Source of the DNA: Haloferax volcanii DS2
GTDB lineage: Archaea; Halobacteriota; Halobacteria; Halobacteriales; Haloferacaceae
Assembly (NCBI RefSeq): GCF_000025685.1
Contig: NC_013967.1
Span: 390,001 to 422,000 of the forward strand
DNA length: 32,000 nt
Direction of reading: 5' to 3'
Below, in pieces: positions 18,072-23,955 of the stretch. The position numbers and the translations under genes are program-made. Position 1 is the stretch's first letter. Every line of letters begins with the position of its first letter. The notes under the pieces are model-generated. The model worked only from the letters and a program-made list of their open reading frames with translations, was not told the DNA's origin and ran no database searches.

Positions 18072-18215
18072 CACCAGAAGCGGGAGTTGAACCGCAGTCG
18101 TTCGGCTCATCCGTTCGCCTCGCTCCGTAGTTCAATTCCCTCTCGGAAACGCTTCACGAAAACTGCCACCGCGATGCGCCGAGACGCATCGCTCGGAGTG
18201 TAGTTTTCAGAGAAG
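18072..18215 (-). repeat. tRNA-linked unit B (144 nt): interrupted outer stem, 8-bp hairpin, inverted T-loop hairpin and a diverged tRNA-Ser 3'-end copy
   Basis: It ends (18067-18093, plus strand) in a 23/27 match to the tRNA-Ser 3' end plus trailer. Hairpin: 18171-18178 pairs with 18185-18192 (GCGATGCG/CGCATCGC). Outer stem: 18151-18166 pairs with 18200-18216. Confidence 0.75.
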
Positions 18216-18342
18216 CGCCAGGAGAGGGATTTGAACCTCAGTCGCTTCGCTCCCTGGTTCAAATCCAACTGAGGCGTTCTTCCGAACTCGAAGTCCGCAG
18301 CGCGACGAGACGCGCTGCTACGTGGGTTGAGTTCGGAAGAAG
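18216..18342 (-). repeat. tRNA-linked unit A (127 nt): 13-bp outer stem, 8-bp hairpin, 11-bp inverted T-loop hairpin and an exact tRNA-Ser 3'-end copy
   Basis: 18211-18237 is identical to 18338-18364 (27 nt: the last 22 nt of the tRNA plus 5 nt of trailer). Outer stem: 18277-18289 pairs with 18329-18341. Hairpin: 18297-18304 pairs with 18311-18318 (GCAGCGCG/CGCGCTGC). GGATTTGAACC (18227-18237) pairs with GGTTCAAATCC (18256-18266). Confidence 0.8.
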
Positions 18343-18423
18343 CGCCAGGAGAGGGATTTGAACCCCCGATCCCAGAGGGAACACGCTTTCCAGGCGTGCG
18401 CCTTACCGCTCGGCCATCCTGGC
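18343..18423 (-). tRNA. tRNA-Ser (anticodon GGA), class II with a long variable arm
   Basis: Manual cloverleaf, 81 nt with CCA not encoded. Acceptor GCCAGGA/UCCUGGC plus discriminator G. D arm GCC-GAGCGGUAA-GGC. Anticodon arm CACGC-CUGGAAA-GCGUG. Variable arm UCCC-UCU-GGGA. T arm GGGGG-UUCAAAU-CCCUC. Confidence 0.9.
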
Positions 18424-18447
18424 TTACAACGCAACGTTTCCGCCTGG

Positions 18448-18457
18448 ATAATTTAAG
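18448..18457 (-). promoter_or_regulatory. TATA box (minus strand CTTAAATTAT) of tRNA-Ser
   Basis: Centred about 29 nt upstream of the tRNA 5' end at 18423. It overlaps the stop codon (18453-18455) of the upstream small ORF. Confidence 0.55.
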
Positions 18458-18659
18458 CCCTTCCTTTCCGTTCGAGTCGGGGTTCGATGACGTATGTCAC
18501 AGACGCGACCGCGACGCCGGACGCGACCGCCACCGCGGCGACCACCCCGAACGACGCGTCGATGCCGAGTCCGAGGAGGACCGCGCCCTGCGCGAGGACG
18601 CCCACGAGGAGGAGGCTCGCTGCGCCCCACGCGAGCGCGGACCGGACGCGGCGGGCCAC
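18453..18659 (-). CDS. hypothetical small membrane protein (2 TM)
   Basis: 68 aa. The GTG start lies 1 nt after the RidA stop. Two hydrophobic helices and strongly GC-rich third positions. Confidence 0.45.
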   Translation of the reverse strand: MARRVRSALAWGAASLLLVGVLAQGAVLLGLGIDASFGVVAAVAVASGVAVASVTYVIEPRLERKGRA

Positions 18660-18660
18660 G

Positions 18661-19047
18661 TTACTCCTCGTCGACGACGGCGACGGCCTCGATTTCGACG
18701 CCGACGCCCTTCGGCAGGTTGCCGACCTCGACCGCCGAGCGGGCCGGCGGCTCCTCGTCGAAGTAGGTCGCGTACGTCTCGTTCATCTCGTCGAAGTCGT
18801 CGATGTCGGCGAGGAACACCGTCGTCTTCAGCACGTCGGTCGCGTCCGCGCCGGCCTCCGCGAGGATGGCCATCACGTTGTCGAGCGACTGCGTCGTCTG
18901 CGTCGCGATGTCCTCGTCGTCGAGGAGTTCGCCGTCCGGCGTCAGCGGAATCTGTCCCGCCGTGTAGAGCAGCGAGCCGTTGGTCGTCGCCTGACTGTAC
19001 GCGCCGACCGCGGCCGGCGCTTCGTCGGTTTCGATGACGCGCTTCAT
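18661..19047 (-). CDS. RidA/YjgF/TdcF family reactive-intermediate deaminase
   Basis: 128 aa with the family pattern (APAAVGAYSQA ... YTAGQIPL ... TTVFLADIDDF ... PARSAVEV ... VEIEAVA). Confidence 0.85.
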   Translation of the reverse strand: MKRVIETDEAPAAVGAYSQATTNGSLLYTAGQIPLTPDGELLDDEDIATQTTQSLDNVMAILAEAGADATDVLKTTVFLADIDDFDEMNETYATYFDEEPPARSAVEVGNLPKGVGVEIEAVAVVDEE

Positions 19048-19071
19048 ACGCGGTGGATTTCGCCACGACGT

Positions 19072-19081
19072 GATAAAATAG
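19072..19081 (-). promoter_or_regulatory. TATA box (minus strand CTATTTTATC) for the RidA gene
   Basis: Centred about 30 nt upstream of the ATG at 19047. Confidence 0.5.
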
Positions 19082-19097
19082 GGTGGAACGTCCGGGT

Positions 19098-19122
19098 CCG
19101 CGGCGGGACCTCCCCGCCGCGG
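19098..19122 (-). terminator. GC hairpin (10-bp stem, 5-nt loop) after the cyd-linked small ORF
   Basis: CCGCGGCGGG (19098-19107) pairs with CCCGCCGCGG (19113-19122). On the minus strand it is followed by a T-rich run that is also the RidA TATA. Haloarchaeal termination normally depends on oligo-T, so the role of this hairpin is uncertain. Confidence 0.25.
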
Positions 19123-19131
19123 TCCGTCGGG

Positions 19132-19338
19132 TTACACCGACTTGCCGGAGAGGCTGATGCCGGTCGTGAGCACGCCCGAGGCGAACAACAGCCCCATCCC
19201 AAGGGCGGTGACCACGTCGCCGTCTCGGAGCGCGAACCCCGCGACGGCGACGCTGACGACGACCAGTCCGAGGCCGAGGAGAGTCAGCGGTTTAGTGAGC
19301 GATTCGGCGGTGGGTTCGGTGTTGGGGAGCGTAGCCAT
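19132..19338 (-). CDS. hypothetical small membrane protein (2 TM) downstream of cydB
   Basis: 68 aa with an ATG start, GC-rich third positions and two hydrophobic helices. It starts 40 nt after the cydB stop in the same orientation. Confidence 0.5.
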   Translation of the reverse strand: MATLPNTEPTAESLTKPLTLLGLGLVVVSVAVAGFALRDGDVVTALGMGLLFASGVLTTGISLSGKSV

Positions 19339-19377
19339 GGGTGGATTGGTTGGTAGTGGGAGGTGGATTGCAGTCGG

Positions 19378-20376
19378 TCAGGAGTACGATTCTCCGGTCT
19401 CGATGGGCCCGCTGAACGTCGAGTAGAGGATGCCGAAGTAGGTAAACACGAGCGGCAGGAGCAGCGCCGACGCGACGCTCATGATGTTCAGCGGGAGCAC
19501 GGAGATGATGGCGTCCGCGACGGTCAGCCCGGTCGCGGGGTCGGCCAAGGGGAACATGAGCGTCGCCACGAGCGCGACGAACGCGAACACGAGCACCGGC
19601 ACGGCCCCGAACGCGAGCGTGTAGCGCCCCCCGCGGAGCGCGAGCAGGTAGCCCGCGGCGGCGGCGAGGCTGACGACGACGAGCGCCAGCGGAATCGGCG
19701 CGAGAACGCCGAGGTCGGGGCGGACGGCGATGAGGTAGCCGAGCGTGACGACGACGAGCGCGAGGTAGGCGGCCATCGCCCGCGGGCCGTAGTCGGCCAC
19801 GTCGCGCTGGAGGCTCCCGCGGGTCTTCATGGCGAGGAAGCCGACGCCGGCGACGACGGTGAGCGCGACGACGGCGAGGCCGACGACGACGCCGGGCAGC
19901 GACAGGAGCGACTCGACGCCGAGGAGCCAGTGGGCGGCGAACACGCCGAGGAAGAAGGGCGCGCTCACGCTGCCGACGACGAACGCCCGGCCCCACCACG
20001 TCTGCCACGCCTCGTCGTGGCGCTGTTCGTACATCTCGGGGGCGAGTCCGCGGAGGATGAGCGCCCCGAGGATGGCGAACATGAGCAGGTAGTGGCGGCT
20101 GAAGAGGTTCGCGTACACCGCCGGGAACGCGGCGAACAGCGCGCCGCCGAAGACGACGAGCCACACCTCGTTGCCGTCCCAGAAGGGGCCGATGGCGGCC
20201 AGAAGCGTCTCGCGTTCCTCGTCGTCGTCGCGGGTCGCGAAGATGGCCCCGACGCCGAAGTCGAAGCCGTCGAGGAACAGGAACATCCCGAGGATGAAGA
20301 AGACGAGCCCGAACCACAGCTCCTGCAACGGCAGGCCGAAAAGCGGGTCGGTGGCGAACGCGCCGTAGTCAGTCAT
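19378..20376 (-). CDS. cydB: cytochrome bd ubiquinol oxidase subunit II (CydB)
   Basis: 332-aa polytopic membrane protein with the N-terminal pattern LQELWFGLVFFILGMFLFLDGFDFG typical of CydB. Its start overlaps the cydA stop (ATGACTGA). Confidence 0.9.
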   Translation of the reverse strand: MTDYGAFATDPLFGLPLQELWFGLVFFILGMFLFLDGFDFGVGAIFATRDDDEERETLLAAIGPFWDGNEVWLVVFGGALFAAFPAVYANLFSRHYLLMFAILGALILRGLAPEMYEQRHDEAWQTWWGRAFVVGSVSAPFFLGVFAAHWLLGVESLLSLPGVVVGLAVVALTVVAGVGFLAMKTRGSLQRDVADYGPRAMAAYLALVVVTLGYLIAVRPDLGVLAPIPLALVVVSLAAAAGYLLALRGGRYTLAFGAVPVLVFAFVALVATLMFPLADPATGLTVADAIISVLPLNIMSVASALLLPLVFTYFGILYSTFSGPIETGESYS

Positions 20377-21793
20377 CGCCGGTCACCCCCGCGGGCGCGG
20401 CGGCCTCCGCACCCGCCTCGGTCTCGTCGACGCTCGGCGGCCCCTCGCGGATGATGCGGCGAATCACGTAGGTGTAGAGCGCGAGCAGGCCGGTGTACAC
20501 GACGGCGAAGCCGACGAGCGTGAGCGTCGCCTCGAAGCTCGTGAGCCCCGGCGAGACGCCCTCGCTCGTCCGGAGGACGCCCTGGATGACCCACGGCTGT
20601 CGGCCCACCTCGGTGACTATCCAGCCGACCTCGACGGCGAAGATGCCGAGGAGCGACGACCCGACGAACGCCTTGTGCAACAGGTCGTCCTCGTACAACT
20701 CGTCGGCCCACCAGCGGTAGCCCGCCCAGAACGCCAACAGGATGAACCAGAACCCCGCGGCGACCATGAGCCGGAACGACCAGAAGACGATTGCGACCGG
20801 CGGGGCCTCCGTGTCGAACTCGTTCAGGCCGGTGATTTCGGCCTGCGGGTCGCCGCCGCTGGCCAGCCACGAGGCCCCGCCGGGGATGCCGATGCCGAAC
20901 AGCTCTTTCGCGCGCGGGTCGGTGATACCGTCGAGGCTCGTCGGGATGGCGAAGATGTACTCGGGGACGTAGCTGTCGGTCTCCCAGACGGCCTCCATGG
21001 CGGCGAACTTCTGCGGCTGGGTCTCGTAGACGTGCCGACCGTAGGCGTCGCCGTGAATCGCCTGAAACGGCGCGGTCACGAGCAGGACGACGAGCGCGAT
21101 TTTGAGCGTCTTCCGCCAGAAGCGCGCGTCCTCGCGGTCGTCGTCGGCGCTGATGCCGCGCTGCCAGACGTGGTACGCCGCGACGCCGGCCATGAACAGC
21201 GCGACCGACAGCACCGCGGCGTTCTGCATGTGGACGAACATCCACGGGAACCGCGGGTTGGCGTACGCCGCGATGGGGTCAACGAGCGAGACGACGAGCT
21301 GGCCGCTCTCGCGCGCGAGTTCGTACCCCCGCGGCGTCTGCATCCACGAGTTGGCGACGAGAATCCACACCGCCGAGAGCCACGTCCCGAGGCCGACCGC
21401 GACCGCTGAAACCATGTAGAGCGCGTCTGAGACCTTCTCGCGGCCGAAGACGAACACCCCGAGGAACGTCGCTTCGAGCATGAACGCCATCATCCCCTCG
21501 GTGGCCAGCGGGCCGCCGAACAGCTCGCCGGCCGCCGTCGAGAACGCCGCGAAGTTCGTCCCGAACTCGAATTCGAGGACGATGCCGGTCACGGTGCCGA
21601 CGACGAACGAGACGGCGAAAATCTTGGTCCAAAATCGCCTGAGCTGTTCGTACACCGGGTCGTCGGTGCGGATGTCCTTCCACGTGAAGTAGATGAGGAA
21701 GGGCGCGAGGCCCATGCTCATCACGGGGAAGATGATGTGGACGATGGTCGTGAGCGCGAACTGCAGCCGACTGGCGATGACTGGGTCGAGCAT
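20369..21793 (-). CDS. cydA: cytochrome bd ubiquinol oxidase subunit I (CydA)
   Basis: 474 aa. N-terminus SRLQFALTTIVHIIFP, a Q-loop region and the conserved GWIVTEVGRQPW motif. Confidence 0.9.
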   Translation of the reverse strand: MLDPVIASRLQFALTTIVHIIFPVMSMGLAPFLIYFTWKDIRTDDPVYEQLRRFWTKIFAVSFVVGTVTGIVLEFEFGTNFAAFSTAAGELFGGPLATEGMMAFMLEATFLGVFVFGREKVSDALYMVSAVAVGLGTWLSAVWILVANSWMQTPRGYELARESGQLVVSLVDPIAAYANPRFPWMFVHMQNAAVLSVALFMAGVAAYHVWQRGISADDDREDARFWRKTLKIALVVLLVTAPFQAIHGDAYGRHVYETQPQKFAAMEAVWETDSYVPEYIFAIPTSLDGITDPRAKELFGIGIPGGASWLASGGDPQAEITGLNEFDTEAPPVAIVFWSFRLMVAAGFWFILLAFWAGYRWWADELYEDDLLHKAFVGSSLLGIFAVEVGWIVTEVGRQPWVIQGVLRTSEGVSPGLTSFEATLTLVGFAVVYTGLLALYTYVIRRIIREGPPSVDETEAGAEAAAPAGVTGDD

Positions 21794-21797
21794 GGTT

Positions 21798-21847
21798 GGG
21801 GTGCGGGGTCGCTGACGACGGGGCGAACCGGGGCGCGGGGGATGGGG
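21798..21847 (+). other. Cluster of six G4-G5 runs (potential G-quadruplex on the plus strand, the cydA template strand)
   Basis: GGGG at 21798, 21805, 21820, 21830 and 21844, and GGGGG at 21837. The cluster begins 5 nt upstream of the cydA start codon. Two further G-runs lie at 21873-21881. Confidence 0.5.
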
Positions 21848-21854
21848 CTTCCCT

Positions 21855-21860
21855 CTTAAA
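21855..21860 (-). promoter_or_regulatory. Candidate TATA box (minus strand TTTAAG) for cydAB
   Basis: The only A/T-rich hexamer in the first ~100 nt upstream of cydA. It would give a C-run-rich leader of about 35-40 nt. Confidence 0.3.
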
Positions 21861-22137
21861 CGCCTTCGTATTGGGGGAGGGTCAATCCCTGCATGCTTCC
21901 CACGAAGTGAAAATCATCGTAGACGGTGTCTCCCGCCCGAATTCGACATAATCGACCGGGTAAAAAAAGGCGGGCGTTCGTCGGAACTCGACGGGCCAGA
22001 AACGCGCTCACACGCTCGCAACGCGCCCGTCTCGGGCGGATTCCGGTCGCCAACGCACCGACGCGCCGCCTCAACCGCCCCGACCGCCCGACCGTCCCGA
22101 CCGACAAGCATACGCCGGAACCGTTCGGATGTAGCAC

Positions 22138-22344
22138 ATGACCCTCCTGTGGCAGGCTGTCCACGTCGGAATCTCGGTTCTCGGCGTCGCGTACCTCGCT
22201 TTCCCCGCGCGAATCCACACGTTCGGGTTCGAGTTCCTCCGGCGCTCGCCCTCGGAGGAGTCCGGAGCGTCCGACGCTCCCGTCTGGCTCTATCGGGGCA
22301 TCGGGGCGCTCCTCGTGTTCATCGGGGCTACCGGCCTCGTCTGA
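22138..22344 (+). CDS. hypothetical small membrane protein (2 TM)
   Basis: 68 aa with an ATG start, GC-rich third positions, and hydrophobic helices at both ends. Confidence 0.5.
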   Translation: MTLLWQAVHVGISVLGVAYLAFPARIHTFGFEFLRRSPSEESGASDAPVWLYRGIGALLVFIGATGLV

Positions 22345-22388
22345 GCGCCGGTTTCGAATACGGGGCCCGGCCGCTCCTGTCGACGCGG

Positions 22389-23600
22389 TCAGTCGAGGAC
22401 TTCCACGTCGTAGCCCGCGTCGCGGAGCTCTTCGAGGAGCGACTCGACGTGGTCGGGACCGCGCATTTCGAGGTCGATTTCGACCTCGGTCGCGTTCAGC
22501 GCGATTTTCCGAGAGGTGCGGTCGTGCCTGACGGCGTAGATGTTCGCCTTCTCCGCGGCGATGATTTCGATGAGCTGTTCGAGCGAGCCGGGGCGGTCCT
22601 TCAGTTCGGTCCGAATCTTGAGGTACCGGCCCGTCTCGACGAGGCCGCGCATCACCACTGTCGTCAGCGTGTTCATGTCGATGTTGCCGCCGCACAGCGC
22701 GGGGACGACGACCTCGCCCTCCTCGTAGTCGAACTTCTGGAAGACGAGCGCCGCGAGCGCGACGGCCCCCGCGCCCTCGACCAGCGTCTTCGAGCGTTCG
22801 AGCAGGTAGGTCAGCGCCACGGCGATTTCCTCGTCGGAGACGGTGACGACCTCGTCCACGCGCTCGCGGATGACCTCGAAGGGTTTGTCGCCGATTCTGC
22901 GGACGGCGATGCCGTCGGCGATGGTGTCCACCTCGTCGATGGTCTGAATCGACCCCTTGTTCAGCGAGTCCGCGGCGCTGGAGGCCTGTTCGGCCTGCAC
23001 GCCGATGACGCGGGCGTCGGGGTACTGTTCTTTGATGGCCGTCGAGATGCCGGAGATGAGGCCGCCGCCGCCGATGGGGACGACCACGGTGTCGAGGTCG
23101 GGGCAGTCCTCCGCGATTTCGAGGCCGATGGTCCCCTGTCCGGCCATGACGTACTCGTCGTCGAAGGCGTGGACGTAGGTCCGGCCCTCGGACTCCTCGA
23201 TTTCGTGGGCCTTGGTCTGCGCCTCGTCGTAGTCGTTGCCGTAGAGCACCACGTCGCCGCCGTAGCGCTCGGTCGCTTTCACCTTGGAAATCGGCGCGTA
23301 CTCCGGCATGACGATTTTCGAGTTCACGCCCGCTCGCGACGCCGCGAGCGCGACGCCCTGCGCGTGGTTGCCGGCGCTCGCGGTCACGACGCCGGCGGCT
23401 TTCTCCTCGTCGGAGAGCGTCGTGATGCGGTTCGTCGCGCCGCGAATCTTGAACGACCCCGTGCGCTGGGAGTTTTCGAGTTTCAGGTACACCTCGGCAC
23501 CCGTCATCTCCGAGAAGGTGTGGGAGTACTCCAGCGGTGTCCGTCGGGCGACCGCTTCGACGCGCTCGCGGGCGGCGCGTACGTCGTCAAGCGTGAGCAT
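22389..23600 (-). CDS. ilvA: threonine ammonia-lyase (threonine dehydratase) with a C-terminal ACT-like domain
   Basis: 403 aa. PLP-lysine motif GSFKIRGA, the glycine loop IGGGGLISG, and a C-terminal regulatory domain. Confidence 0.85.
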   Translation of the reverse strand: MLTLDDVRAARERVEAVARRTPLEYSHTFSEMTGAEVYLKLENSQRTGSFKIRGATNRITTLSDEEKAAGVVTASAGNHAQGVALAASRAGVNSKIVMPEYAPISKVKATERYGGDVVLYGNDYDEAQTKAHEIEESEGRTYVHAFDDEYVMAGQGTIGLEIAEDCPDLDTVVVPIGGGGLISGISTAIKEQYPDARVIGVQAEQASSAADSLNKGSIQTIDEVDTIADGIAVRRIGDKPFEVIRERVDEVVTVSDEEIAVALTYLLERSKTLVEGAGAVALAALVFQKFDYEEGEVVVPALCGGNIDMNTLTTVVMRGLVETGRYLKIRTELKDRPGSLEQLIEIIAAEKANIYAVRHDRTSRKIALNATEVEIDLEMRGPDHVESLLEELRDAGYDVEVLD

Positions 23601-23623
23601 GGTCGGAAATCACCCGTGTCCGC

Positions 23624-23631
23624 GTTTAATC
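23624..23631 (-). promoter_or_regulatory. Proximal TATA-like box (minus strand GATTAAAC) for ilvA
   Basis: Centred about 27 nt upstream of the ATG at 23600, which is leaderless spacing. Confidence 0.4.
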
Positions 23632-23955
23632 GTTCGGGAATGTATCGGTATCAGGGGCGTGATGTCAACCCTCATAGTCGTCAGTTGAGGACTCCGTTTC
23701 GCACCCGCCGACGGACGCCGTCGCGGTCGCTCGCCGGTCGGTGAAAGGGAAAGGGGGAATGCACGCGTGTGACGTGCAACTGTCTTTCTGGTCCCCGCAC
23801 ATATAAACGTCCCCCACCCGGAGTGAAAGTAAAACCGGGGGACCGCGGCGACCAGCCGATCGCGTCTGACGCTCGGCATTCGTGCGTCGCATCGAGCGCG
23901 GTCGGCCGGTCGCCGCTTCCGGTACCGTCAACTGCACGAGGTCCGTGGCCTCGGC

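Noticed and set aside
18227-18274. A plus-strand GGTTCAAATCC T-loop-like motif, suggesting a second, oppositely oriented tRNA.
   Set aside because: No acceptor stem, D arm or anticodon arm can be built around it. It is the inverted partner of the minus-strand T-loop copy within unit A.
18045-18364. Regularly spaced direct repeats, considered as a mini-CRISPR array.
   Set aside because: There are only 2-3 copies. The periods are 127 and 144 nt, far longer than CRISPR repeat-spacer units. The 'spacers' are homologous to each other, the repeat is a tRNA 3' end, and no cas genes are present.
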